32,000 nucleotides of DNA from Pseudodesulfovibrio mercurii (GTDB taxonomy: Bacteria; Desulfobacterota; Desulfovibrionia; Desulfovibrionales; Desulfovibrionaceae). Made by a program: the position numbers and the translations under genes. The stretch spans positions 1,770,001-1,802,000 of the forward strand of contig NC_016803.1 in assembly GCF_000189295.2 (NCBI RefSeq). The letters run 5' to 3'. The notes beneath the pieces were generated by a model that was not told where the DNA came from, did no database searches, and was given only the letters and a program-made list of their open reading frames with translations. Shown here one piece after another: positions 9,870-18,423 of the stretch (the first letter of the stretch is position 1; each line of letters opens with the position of its first letter).

Positions 9870-10307
9870 CTAGCGGTCCACGCGCACGCCGTAGAGCCGC
9901 TCGGCCTGCTCCGTCGTGACCACGGTCAGACCGATGGGGGCCAGGGTGACGGCGGCCAGCTTGAGGTGCTGCCAGCCCCACGGGATGCCCAGGATGGTGA
10001 TGAAGCAGCCCAGCGCGGACAGGATGTGCCCCAGCGCCAGCCACCAGCCCGCGAACACGAACCAGACGATGTTGCCCACCGTGCCCCAGTCCGAGGTGCC
10101 GATGTCCTTTTGCCCGGTGAGCACGTCGCGCCGGACCAGGGTCCGGCCGAAGGGCATGAGCGAAAAACCGGCGATGACGAAGGCGGCCCGCGCCCAGGGC
10201 AGGCCCACGATGGAGATGGCGAAGAGGCAGCCCGCGAAGAGCCAGCCGATGGTCATGAACACGCCGCCGATGAGCCACCAGATCAGATTGCCGAGGAACG
10301 AAAGCAT
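9870..10307 (-). CDS. yccF: YccF-family inner membrane protein
   Basis: The track ORF starts at GTG 10313, immediately next to the SD. ATG 10307 sits 5 nt after AAGGAG, so I use it. The two YccF repeats are recognisable (GNLIWWLIGGVFMTIGW...VGLPWARAAF and GNIVWFVFAGWWLALGHI...ILGIPWGWQHLKLA). Confidence 0.9.
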   Translation of the reverse strand: MLSFLGNLIWWLIGGVFMTIGWLFAGCLFAISIVGLPWARAAFVIAGFSLMPFGRTLVRRDVLTGQKDIGTSDWGTVGNIVWFVFAGWWLALGHILSALGCFITILGIPWGWQHLKLAAVTLAPIGLTVVTTEQAERLYGVRVDR

Positions 10308-10363
10308 GGACACTCCTTATGCTTGGTTTGCTGGCATGCTATTGGCCCATCCCGGCGCGTTCG

Positions 10364-11515
10364 TCAATGGCGGAGCGCACCGGCCGAGTGTTCGCCTGCG
10401 GTCAGGAGCAGGCCGCCCACCAGGGCCGTGAACGGGGCCACGGTGACCAGCCCGAAGCTGCCCACCAGGGTCTTGAGGACCTCGGCGGCCACGTAGATGA
10501 AGTTGAAGGTGGTGTCCAGCGGGATGCCCTGGGCCATGAAGGCCATGAGCAGGGTCACGAACCCGCCCGAGTAGGCCAGCAGCAGGGTCGTGGTCATGGT
10601 CCCGACCACGGCGCGGCCCACGCGGATGCCCGACCAGACCGCCTCCACGCGGGAGATGCCCGGCTTCTTGTCGACCACCTCGCTCATGGCCGCGGCCACG
10701 TCCATGGCCAGGTCCATGACCGCGCCGCAGGAGGACAGGAACACCCCGGCCATGAACACGCGGGTCAGGTTCAGGTGGCCGTAGCCCGCGTAGAGCAGGG
10801 TCTCGGCAAAGGGCATGACCGCCCCGTGCACGTGGAACCTGCCGGTGAAATAGATGCCCAGGGCGCAGCTGGCCGCCACCCCGAGGAAGGCCCCGAGAAA
10901 GGCGGTCAGGCCGGTGCGGTTGAGTCCGCCCACCAGAAAGATGATCACCGCGCACAGCCCGGCCACCACGCTCAGGGTCAACCAGACCGGGTCCGTGCCC
11001 TTGAGCAGCAGCGGGACCAGGACCTTCCACAGCATCAGCCCGGTGAAGACGAAGGACAACAGGGCCTTGAACCCGGTCAGCCCGCCGAAGAGCAGGAGCA
11101 GCGCGGCGAACAGGCCGAGCAGGAACAGTTCGAGCCCCAGCCGGTAGTGGGCCTGGGGATTGACGTAGATGACCTGGCCGTCGCTGTTCAGGGTCAGGAT
11201 GACGTAGGCCGTGTCACCGGCCTTAAAGAGCTTGTCGCGGTCGAGCTGGCCCAGGAGCTGGTTGTTGGCCGTGAAGGTCTCGCCCTTGAACGGCCCGTCC
11301 AGGATGTCCAGGGTCACGGTCTGTTCGCCCGCGCGGATCATGCCCAGGCTCATGACGTTGGCGTCGTCCACGGCCGTGACCCGCCCCGTGCAGTGGACCG
11401 CGTCCCGGTCCTTGTTCGTTTCGAAGCCGGTGGGCAGGTAGTAGAGGCCGACGGAGACGACGATGAAGATGAGGACCAAAAGCCAGTCGCGGGACGTCTT
11501 GCTGAGTGGGTGCAT
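10364..11515 (-). CDS. YibE/F-family membrane protein
   Basis: 383 aa. One N-terminal TM segment plus a soluble beta-rich domain, then about 6-7 TM segments with the C-terminal pattern I associate with YibE/F (CGAVMDLAMDVAAAMSEV..., GRAVVGTMTTTLLLAYSG). Confidence 0.78.
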   Translation of the reverse strand: MHPLSKTSRDWLLVLIFIVVSVGLYYLPTGFETNKDRDAVHCTGRVTAVDDANVMSLGMIRAGEQTVTLDILDGPFKGETFTANNQLLGQLDRDKLFKAGDTAYVILTLNSDGQVIYVNPQAHYRLGLELFLLGLFAALLLLFGGLTGFKALLSFVFTGLMLWKVLVPLLLKGTDPVWLTLSVVAGLCAVIIFLVGGLNRTGLTAFLGAFLGVAASCALGIYFTGRFHVHGAVMPFAETLLYAGYGHLNLTRVFMAGVFLSSCGAVMDLAMDVAAAMSEVVDKKPGISRVEAVWSGIRVGRAVVGTMTTTLLLAYSGGFVTLLMAFMAQGIPLDTTFNFIYVAAEVLKTLVGSFGLVTVAPFTALVGGLLLTAGEHSAGALRH

Positions 11516-11525
11516 GGGTTTCCTG

Positions 11526-11562
11526 AAAAGGGGGGCGGGCGGACCGCGAAGGCCCGCCCGCC
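11526..11562 (-). terminator. terminator of the alkaline phosphatase gene
   Basis: Minus-sense GGCGGGCGGGCC-ttcgc-GGTCCGCCCGCC followed by CCCCTTTT, about 25 nt after the stop at 11585. Confidence 0.6.
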
Positions 11563-11584
11563 GGAGGTTGGAGGATGGAGTCGT

Positions 11585-13054
11585 CTAGTTGGCGGCCACG
11601 CGCACGGACCCGGCGTCGGCGTACACCGCCCGGGCGGGCAGGCCCATGGCGGCCATGATCTTGGTGGCCACGTCCTTGTTGTCGTAGCCGCCGTTGAAGG
11701 CCTGGCAGTTCACGCCCATGGCGGACGTGGAGACCGGCACGCCGGTGTGCTTGTAGGAGGTCCAGCCCAGGCCGGCCTTCTGGTTGAGCACGTGGGTCAG
11801 GGTCACGGACAGCGGGTCATAGTCGCCGTACAGCAGGTAGTCGCCGCCCTTGATCTTCTCGCCCGCCATGGAGCGGCGGAAGGCCTGCTCGATGTCGGCC
11901 GCCTGGTAGTCGGCCAGGACCATGGGATCGGCCTTGGCGTCACCCTCGAACTTCAGGCCGAAGTCGGCGGTGATGATCGGCTTCATGGCGTTGAAGTCCC
12001 CGCCCTGCTTCTTGAAATCGGCCAGGGTCTCGGCGGTGAACTTCTGGAAGGAGACCTTCTGGTGGCTGAGGATGTCGTAGTGGGAGCCGTACTTGGTGCC
12101 CGCGAAGCCGAGCGTCAGTCCGCCACACTCGTGGTCGCCGGTGACCACGATCAGGGTCTCGTCCGGGTGCTTTTCGCAGAAGGCCATGGCCTGCTGCACG
12201 GCCTTGTCGAAGGCGATGGTGTTGTCGATGGAGGCCGCCGCGTCGTTGGCGTGACAGGCCCAGTCGATCTTGCCGCCCTCGACCATGAGGAAGAAGCCCT
12301 TGTCGTTGTCGAGCATCTCGATGGCCTTCCCCGTGAACTCGGGCAGGGTGATGTCCCGGTCGGTCATGTCCATGGCGTAGGGCAGGGCCTGGTCGTCCTG
12401 GAGCCAGGCGTTCCAGGCGATGACCTTGCCGTCGCCGGGCTTGAGGGCCATGAAGTCCTTCTTGTCGGTGACGACCCTGTAGCCGTTGGCCTTGGCCTTT
12501 TCAAGGGCGTCGCCCATGGGGGCCTTGGACTTCTTGCCCGAGGGGTCCTTGAGCCCCCCGCCCGCGAAGAAGTCGAAGCCGGAGTCGGCCAGGGCGTGGT
12601 CGATCTCGTGGTACATGGAGCGGTTCTTGACATGGGCGTAGAAGGCGGCCGGGGTGGCGTGGTCAACGGACACGGACGAGACGATGCCGACCTTCATGCC
12701 CTTGTCCCGGGCCATCTCGGCGATGGTCTTGACCGGCTTGAAGTCCGGGTCCACGCCGATGTAGTCGATGTTGGTCTTCATGCCGGTGGCCAGGGCCGTG
12801 GCCGAGGCGGCCGAGCCGGTGATGAACCGGTCGTTGGCGAAGGTGGTGGTGATGCCCTGTGCGGGCATGGCGTCGATGGCCAGCTTATGGCCGAGGTAGG
12901 CGGAGCTGGCGGCGCGCTGGGGAAGCCCCATGCCGTCGCCGATGAAGAAAAATACGTATTTCGCGTCCTTGGCCCAGGCGGAACCGGCCATGAACACCAT
13001 GGCCAGGGCCAGCGCCAGGGCGCACCTGACAAACAGTTTCTGCACGTTCGACAT
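11585..13054 (-). CDS. secreted alkaline phosphatase (PhoA family)
   Basis: 489 aa. Signal peptide MSNVQKLFVRCALALALAMVFMAGSAWA. Family motifs present: FFIGDGMG, GSAASATALATG (nucleophile Ser region), VDHATPAAFYAHV, VTGDHECGG. SD GAGGAGG lies 6 nt upstream. Confidence 0.93.
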   Translation of the reverse strand: MSNVQKLFVRCALALALAMVFMAGSAWAKDAKYVFFFIGDGMGLPQRAASSAYLGHKLAIDAMPAQGITTTFANDRFITGSAASATALATGMKTNIDYIGVDPDFKPVKTIAEMARDKGMKVGIVSSVSVDHATPAAFYAHVKNRSMYHEIDHALADSGFDFFAGGGLKDPSGKKSKAPMGDALEKAKANGYRVVTDKKDFMALKPGDGKVIAWNAWLQDDQALPYAMDMTDRDITLPEFTGKAIEMLDNDKGFFLMVEGGKIDWACHANDAAASIDNTIAFDKAVQQAMAFCEKHPDETLIVVTGDHECGGLTLGFAGTKYGSHYDILSHQKVSFQKFTAETLADFKKQGGDFNAMKPIITADFGLKFEGDAKADPMVLADYQAADIEQAFRRSMAGEKIKGGDYLLYGDYDPLSVTLTHVLNQKAGLGWTSYKHTGVPVSTSAMGVNCQAFNGGYDNKDVATKIMAAMGLPARAVYADAGSVRVAAN

Positions 13055-13096
13055 GTCAAACCTCCTCAGGTTTGTTTGCGTTGTTTCAAGCCCCAG

Positions 13097-13173
13097 TATC
13101 TACCCCCGGAAGGTTACGGAACCATGTGACCGGACGAACAACGGGTCACGACCCGGTGACAAATCCGTTACAG
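13097..13173 (-). promoter_or_regulatory. candidate Pho-regulated promoter: direct repeats at 11-bp spacing plus a -10 box
   Basis: Minus-sense CTGTAAC-ggat-TTGTCAC-cggg-TCGTGAC (13173-13144) and GGTCACA-tggt-TCCGTAAC (13131-13112) resemble PhoB boxes (7-bp direct repeats, 4-bp spacers). The proximal box ends 10 nt upstream of TAGATA (13102-13097). Confidence 0.4.
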
Positions 13174-13247
13174 GCGATCTGTTTGATTTTACTGTGAAAT
13201 AATAACGGATACAGCGGCCGATCACCGTCCGTTCCACAGGGCCCCCC

Positions 13248-13276
13248 TTGAAAAACGGCGCGGATTGGTGAATACT
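13248..13276 (+). promoter_or_regulatory. sigma70-like promoter for the methyltransferase gene
   Basis: TTGAAA (13248-13253), 17-nt spacer, AATACT (13271-13276). Confidence 0.35.
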
Positions 13277-13368
13277 GCCCATTAAATCGAATGTGGATCG
13301 TGCCACTTTTCCCATCACATTATCCGCTACCCCGCCGGAGAACGGCGGGCCGGACCGACGGAGTCCCC

Positions 13369-14142
13369 ATGGAACCAAGCCGACAGACCCCACCCGTGAG
13401 CAAGGAATACTGGAACGAGCACGCCCGGACCTTCCCCCGGTTCGAGGAGGGGGAGGACAACTACGAGGCGGGCGTCATGCGCGAGATCAGGGCGCACGGC
13501 GTGGATTTTCGCGGGGCCACGGTCCTGGACGTGGGCTGCGGCAGCGGCATGTACACCATCCGCATCGCCAGGGAGGCGCGCCGGGTCACCGCCCTCGACG
13601 TGTCGGACGTGATGCTGGACATCCTGCGCGCGGACGCCGAAGCCCTCAAGCTCGACAACATCGACTACGTGCGCTCGGAGTGGATGGATTTCGAGAGAGA
13701 CGAGACCTTCGATATCGTCTTCTGCTCCATGACCCCGGCCATCCAGAGCGAGGCCTCCCGGCGCAAGCTCCTGCGCCACGCCCACGGCAAGACCGTGTTC
13801 ATGGGCTTTGCCGGACGCATGCGCTCCAACGTCATGGCCGGGCTGTACGCCCACCACGGGGTCACGCCCCGGGTTTTCGCCAACGGCACGGACATGTGCG
13901 ACTGGCTGGACGAGCAGGGAATCCCCTACGAGGCCCACCCGGTGGAGGGTACCTGGGTGGTCTCCAACCCACTGGAAAAGCTGGCCGATTCCTGCGCCAC
14001 CTTCCTGTCCCAGTACGGCGTGACCGCCGAGCGGCGGCACCTGCTCAGCTACCTGGCCGCCTTCGAGGAGGAGCCGGGCCGGTTCGTGGAGCGCACGGAC
14101 TACAAGATCGACCTGCTCATCTGGGACAAGCCGTCGGCCTGA
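13369..14142 (+). CDS. class I SAM-dependent methyltransferase
   Basis: The track ORF starts at 13291. I prefer ATG 13369 (GGAG 5 nt upstream). SAM-binding motif I is present (VLDVGCGSGMYT), followed by the acidic loop VTALDVS. Confidence 0.85.
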   Translation: MEPSRQTPPVSKEYWNEHARTFPRFEEGEDNYEAGVMREIRAHGVDFRGATVLDVGCGSGMYTIRIAREARRVTALDVSDVMLDILRADAEALKLDNIDYVRSEWMDFERDETFDIVFCSMTPAIQSEASRRKLLRHAHGKTVFMGFAGRMRSNVMAGLYAHHGVTPRVFANGTDMCDWLDEQGIPYEAHPVEGTWVVSNPLEKLADSCATFLSQYGVTAERRHLLSYLAAFEEEPGRFVERTDYKIDLLIWDKPSA

Positions 14143-14196
14143 TCCCGGACGGACCGTGTCTTGACACCGACCGGGACGCCCCGCTACAAGGAACCC

Positions 14197-14271
14197 ATGC
14201 ATTTATCGGAATCCCATACGGAAACACGCCGCTGGTGGCGGCAGGCTTTACGGAGCATGCCCCCAGCATAA
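14197..14271 (+). CDS. candidate Trp-rich leader peptide of trpS (24 codons)
   Basis: ATG 14197 to TAA 14269-14271 encodes MHLSESHTETRRWWRQALRSMPPA, with tandem TGG TGG at 14233-14238. AAGGAA lies 3 nt upstream. TTGACA (14161-14166) with TACAAG at an 18-nt spacing would alternatively make it nearly leaderless. Confidence 0.45.
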   Translation: MHLSESHTETRRWWRQALRSMPPA

Positions 14272-14327
14272 TACGTAAGGTATCAGGCGCTGTCGGCATG
14301 CATGGCCGGCGGCATCGTCTTTTTTTC

Positions 14328-14364
14328 AGGGCTGTCGGCATTTCCGGCAGCCCTTTCTTCATCC
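14328..14364 (+). terminator. intrinsic terminator / attenuator hairpin immediately upstream of the trpS SD
   Basis: AGGGCTGTCGG (14328-14338) pairs with CCGGCAGCCCT (14344-14354): 11 bp including one G-U, with a 5-nt loop. It is followed by TTTCTTCATCC. The trpS SD AAAGGAGA is at 14380-14387. Confidence 0.6.
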
Positions 14365-14395
14365 ACATTCGAAGACACGAAAAGGAGACGAACCC

Positions 14396-15319
14396 ATGAA
14401 AAGAATTCTGACCGGGGAGCGGACAACCGGCAACCTGCACATAGGCCACTACTTCGGCTCGCTGCAATCGCGGGTCGAGTTGCAGGACGAATACGAGACC
14501 TTCATCATCCTGGCGGACATGCAGGTCCTCTACGACCATTTGGGCGACGAGAAGGGCAAGGCCATCCGCGCCAACGTCCACCTGGCCCTGCTCGACAACC
14601 TGGCCGCCGGGCTGGACCCGGAAAAGGTCAACTTCTTCGTGCAGAGCGAAATCCCGGAACTGGCCGAGCTGACCATGCTCTTCTCCTTCCTGGTGACCGT
14701 GGGCCGGGCCAAGCGGAACCCCACGGTCAAGGCGGAGATGGAACAGGCCGGGACCAGCTACGAGCACATGAACCTGGGTTTTCTCGCCTTCCCGGTGTCC
14801 CAGGCGGCCGACATCCTGCTGCCCAAGGCGAACCTGGTGCCCGTGGGCGAGGACCAGATCCCGCACATCGAGCAGACCAGGGAGATCGCCCACCGGTTCA
14901 ACACCCTCTTCGGCGAGGTCTTTCCCATCCCGGAGTACCGGGTCTCCGCCTTCCCCCGCCTTCCGGGACTCGACGGCAAGAACAAGATGTCCAAATCGCT
15001 GGGCAACGTCATCAACCTCACGGACGACGAGCCCACGGTCAACGACAAGATCAAAAAGGCGTACTCCGGCGAAGGACACGCCCTCTTCACGTACGGCAGG
15101 CTGTTCGGTGTGGAGCCCAACGAGCGCATGGGGGTCTTCAAGCCCGCCCTGGCGGAAGCCGTCAACGCCTTTCTGGAGCCGATCCGGGCCCGCCGCAGGG
15201 AGCTGGAGAAGGAGCCCGGCTTCCTGCGCGAGGTCCTGGACAAGGGCCGGGACCGGGTCCGGGAGATCGGCGTCCAGACCCTGGCCGAGGTGAAGGAGCG
15301 GATGGGGATGGTCTACTAG
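14396..15319 (+). CDS. trpS: tryptophan--tRNA ligase
   Basis: 307 aa. Class I signatures TGNLHIGHYFG (HIGH) and KMSKSLGN (KMSKS). Overall TrpRS-like layout. Confidence 0.93.
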   Translation: MKRILTGERTTGNLHIGHYFGSLQSRVELQDEYETFIILADMQVLYDHLGDEKGKAIRANVHLALLDNLAAGLDPEKVNFFVQSEIPELAELTMLFSFLVTVGRAKRNPTVKAEMEQAGTSYEHMNLGFLAFPVSQAADILLPKANLVPVGEDQIPHIEQTREIAHRFNTLFGEVFPIPEYRVSAFPRLPGLDGKNKMSKSLGNVINLTDDEPTVNDKIKKAYSGEGHALFTYGRLFGVEPNERMGVFKPALAEAVNAFLEPIRARRRELEKEPGFLREVLDKGRDRVREIGVQTLAEVKERMGMVY

Positions 15320-15367
15320 GGGGCCGCCGCGGCGGCGGGCGACCGGCCGGAGCCTGTGCCGCCCGGC

Positions 15368-16297
15368 CTAATGCATGAAGTCGTGGGCCCAGCGGACCAG
15401 ATTGATGGTGATGAGCAGGGCCCCTTCCCAGCGGCGGACCTTCCAGCCCGTGCGCAGGATGACCAGGACCAGGCCGACCATGCCCACCAGGACAATCAGG
15501 CCGGACAGAGCCTCGGGCGAGACCGGCAGCGGCTTAAGCAGGCAGGTCAGGCCGAGCACGCCCGCGAAATTGAAGAAATCCGAGCCGATGAGGTTGCCGA
15601 GCAGCATCTCGTTCTTGCCCCGGATGGAGGCCGCCAGACAGGTGACCAATTCGGGCAGGCTCGTGCCCGCGGCCACGATGGTCACGCCGATGACCCAGGA
15701 GGACACGCCGAGCGTGGTGGCGATGGAGGTGGCCGCCGAGACCATCAGGTCGCCGCCCGCGGCGATGGCCACGAACCCGGCCGCGAGCCAGATCCAGTCG
15801 CGCCAGGTGGCCGTCTTGCCCCGCGTCTCCTCCAACTCCTCCTCGCCCACGTTCTCGCGCTTCACGCCCAGGTAGACCAGATAGCCCGCCAGCAGGGCCA
15901 CGAGGCACGCCCCGAAGACCCGCCCCAGCACGCCGGTGAAGGACACGGCCAGGATGACCGCCGTGGTCAGGAACAGGAGCAGCCCGTCGCGGTAAACGAT
16001 GGTCCGGTTGGAGACGAGCGGCTTGATCATGGCCATGAGCCCGAGGATGAAGCCGAGGTTGAAGATGTTGGACCCGACCACGTTGGACAGGGAGATGTCG
16101 TTCTGCCCCCGGAAGGCGGCGTTGACGGTCACCAGGAACTCCGGGGCCGAGGTGCCCATGGCCACGATGGTCAGGCCGATGACCAGCTCGGAGACGTTGT
16201 ACTTGCGGGCGATGAGGGCCGCCGAGGCGACGATCCAGTTGGCCCCGAACCAGAGCAGCAGGGCCGACACGGCGAAGGAGACGATGTCTATGAACAT
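15368..16297 (-). CDS. calcium/sodium antiporter (CaCA / YrbG family)
   Basis: 309 aa with about 10 TM segments. Both alpha-repeat signatures are present: GLTIVAMGTSAPEF and GVTIVAAGTSLPEL. Confidence 0.92.
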   Translation of the reverse strand: MFIDIVSFAVSALLLWFGANWIVASAALIARKYNVSELVIGLTIVAMGTSAPEFLVTVNAAFRGQNDISLSNVVGSNIFNLGFILGLMAMIKPLVSNRTIVYRDGLLLFLTTAVILAVSFTGVLGRVFGACLVALLAGYLVYLGVKRENVGEEELEETRGKTATWRDWIWLAAGFVAIAAGGDLMVSAATSIATTLGVSSWVIGVTIVAAGTSLPELVTCLAASIRGKNEMLLGNLIGSDFFNFAGVLGLTCLLKPLPVSPEALSGLIVLVGMVGLVLVILRTGWKVRRWEGALLITINLVRWAHDFMH

Positions 16298-16333
16298 TGG
16301 CGGACTTTAAGGGAAGGTGTCGGCGGGCGCAAG

Positions 16334-17398
16334 TCAAGCCTGCGCGTGTTCCCGCTTCCATTCGCGGACGATCTCGGGCCGGGGCTCGGTCCAGCCGAGC
16401 GCGGTCTCGCGGGCCGGGACCACGGACACGGTCTCGGCCGCGCCACGGCGCTCCACGGTCACGCGCACGGGCGCTCCCGAGGCCTCGAACCGCTTGCGCG
16501 CCTTGCCCGAATAGGAGCTGATGAGCGCGGCCGCGTCCCGGATCGCCTCCGGGCTCCAGTCGCCCTTGAGCGGTCGGCCCAGGGCCAGGGGGCCGGGGAA
16601 GTCGGTCAGCCTGAAGAGGTAGTCGTCGGGTGCGGCCATGGCCTCGATCCGGTCGTTGTCCGACGAGGTCCGGCCGAAGACCAGCCAGTGGGGCCCGGCC
16701 CAGACCTGCCGCCCGATGCGGACCAGGGAAAAGTCGCCCGGCGCGGGCCGGTCGCGGTGGGTCAAGAGCTGGACGAACCGGGCCGCGCCGTGGGCCTCGG
16801 TCAGGCAGCAGCCGCCCGCCGGGGTGGGGATCTCGGTGAACCCGTAGTGCTCGGCCTGGACGTACTGCGGTTTGCGGCCCCGGCCGTGCCAGTCGTGCAG
16901 CCGCTCGCGGTCCACCAGGCCGGAGGCCTCCATGGGCGTGGGCGGAAGATTCTTGGCGCACAGGGGACGCAGGAGCACGTCGCGCACCCCGGCCCGCTTG
17001 GTGATCAGGTTGAGGGCGTCCTCGCGCTGGCTCATGGGCCGCTGGCCGACCACCTCGCCGGAGATCAGGAACTTCGCGCCGTAGCGTTCCATCAGGCCGT
17101 GGGCGTGTTCGAGCATGATGATCTTGCAATCCACGCACGGGTTCAGCCACTTGCCGAACCCCTGGGACGGGCCGTCCAGGAGCATGTCCACGTAGGCCTG
17201 GCGGATGTCCACCTCCACGCCCTCCACGCCGTAGCGGTCCCGCCAGAATGGGATCCGATGCGGCTTGCCGAAAAAGGGCGTGACGAAGTGCAGCCCCAGG
17301 ACCGTCAGCCCCTGGTCCATGACCGTGCGCATGGCCAGGAGGGAATCCAGGCCGCCCGAGAGCAGGGCCAGCGCGTCGTACTGTTTTCGTTCCGTCAT
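16334..17398 (-). CDS. PP-loop ATP pyrophosphatase family protein (MnmA/ThiI-like tRNA thiolation-type enzyme)
   Basis: Track ORF 16334..17593 runs into the upstream gene. I start at ATG 17398 (MTERKQYDALALLSGGLDSLLA, containing the SGGxDS PP-loop). Also NPCVDCK and GGCCLTE Cys motifs. The exact function cannot be assigned from sequence alone. Confidence 0.75.
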   Translation of the reverse strand: MTERKQYDALALLSGGLDSLLAMRTVMDQGLTVLGLHFVTPFFGKPHRIPFWRDRYGVEGVEVDIRQAYVDMLLDGPSQGFGKWLNPCVDCKIIMLEHAHGLMERYGAKFLISGEVVGQRPMSQREDALNLITKRAGVRDVLLRPLCAKNLPPTPMEASGLVDRERLHDWHGRGRKPQYVQAEHYGFTEIPTPAGGCCLTEAHGAARFVQLLTHRDRPAPGDFSLVRIGRQVWAGPHWLVFGRTSSDNDRIEAMAAPDDYLFRLTDFPGPLALGRPLKGDWSPEAIRDAAALISSYSGKARKRFEASGAPVRVTVERRGAAETVSVVPARETALGWTEPRPEIVREWKREHAQA

Positions 17399-17453
17399 GG
17401 GGGGGACCCTTATGTGAGATCGCGGCCGAGGGCAAGCCCCCCCTGACGCGCGC

Positions 17454-18224
17454 CTAGGGGGCGGCGAAACCGGCGAGGAGCCCGTTGAAGCGCGCCAGGA
17501 ACGTCTCGGGGGACAGGTCGTGTTCGCGGAAATAGCGCAGCGAGACCGGGACGCAGAGGGGAATCCGTTCGCCGACCTCGCCGGGACAGGCATGGACGTC
17601 GTCGAACCGGGGGGAATTCTCCTTTTTCAAATACTCTCCGATGCGCCGGTCGCAGACGAACATGTCGATGCGGTCCTCGATGAGCATCAGGAAATTCCCT
17701 CTGTTGGGGTCCCGCCCCATGGCGCTCTCCACCACGAAGGTCCCGGCGGCCAGGGCCTCCTGCCACTTGGGCCCGTAGTAATAGCCCTGGATGGTGCCGA
17801 TGCGCAGCCCCTTGAGGTCGTCGAGGGTCTGCCAGCAGTCGGCCGGGGCCGTCCCCCGTTTCCAGAGCACGGTGTGCATGTAGTCCACGGGCTCGGAAAA
17901 ACGCATGTAGACCCGCCGCTCGTCCGTGGACACGCACGGGAGCATCAGGGCCAGAGAGCCCTCCCGCATGCCCGCCAGGCAGCGTTTGAAGGGCAGGACG
18001 GTGAACCTCGGCTCATAGCCCATGGCCGCGAGGACCCGCGCGATCCCGTCCACGCTCCGGCCGCGCAACACCCCGGACTCGTCCAGTTCGGCCAGGGGCG
18101 GCAGGAGGTAGGCCCCCACCTCGAGGACCGGCCCCCGGGCGCGGGCGAACCCGGCCGTCAGGCAAACGACCAGCACGGCCGCCGACAACGCAGCGGCCCA
18201 CTTTGTGGGTCTCTTCCTCATCAT
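17454..18224 (-). CDS. periplasmic substrate-binding protein (family 3 solute-binding fold)
   Basis: Track ORF 17454..18746 is over-extended across the recA promoter region. Start at ATG 18224 or 18221 (GGAGG adjacent), which gives the signal peptide MMRKRPTKWAAALSAAVLVVCLTAGFARA. The remainder resembles amino-acid-type SBPs (LRIGTIQGYYYG...). Confidence 0.75.
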   Translation of the reverse strand: MMRKRPTKWAAALSAAVLVVCLTAGFARARGPVLEVGAYLLPPLAELDESGVLRGRSVDGIARVLAAMGYEPRFTVLPFKRCLAGMREGSLALMLPCVSTDERRVYMRFSEPVDYMHTVLWKRGTAPADCWQTLDDLKGLRIGTIQGYYYGPKWQEALAAGTFVVESAMGRDPNRGNFLMLIEDRIDMFVCDRRIGEYLKKENSPRFDDVHACPGEVGERIPLCVPVSLRYFREHDLSPETFLARFNGLLAGFAAP

Positions 18225-18423
18225 GCCTCCGATACTATGCGTCCATCCGTGCATATAGCCCACGTCGGGGAAAATCCGCAAGCAGGACGTCCCGCGCGGG
18301 TCCTGGCCGGGTCCGTCCCCTCCCCTTTCCTCCATATATATGGGTGTTGCCCGCGAAGGTCGTATCTGGTATCGGAACGTGTTGCTCGTTTGTTGCCGCC
18401 AGCCAAATTCCGGAGGAGACCCC

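Noticed and set aside
10319-13129. 936-aa plus-strand ORF
   Set aside because: It is antisense to the YibE/F and alkaline phosphatase genes and has Gly/His/Asp/Val/Ala-rich low-complexity composition. The same reasoning applies to 5610..7634, 15356..17446, 15534..17435, 26205..28700, 24684..26195, 7579..9063, 8997..10496 and 1022..2365.
14143-14395. T-box riboswitch upstream of trpS
   Set aside because: I could not find the conserved T-box sequence (AGGGUGGNACCGCG-like), a specifier-loop architecture, or the length expected of T-box leaders. The leader-peptide attenuator model fits the visible features better.
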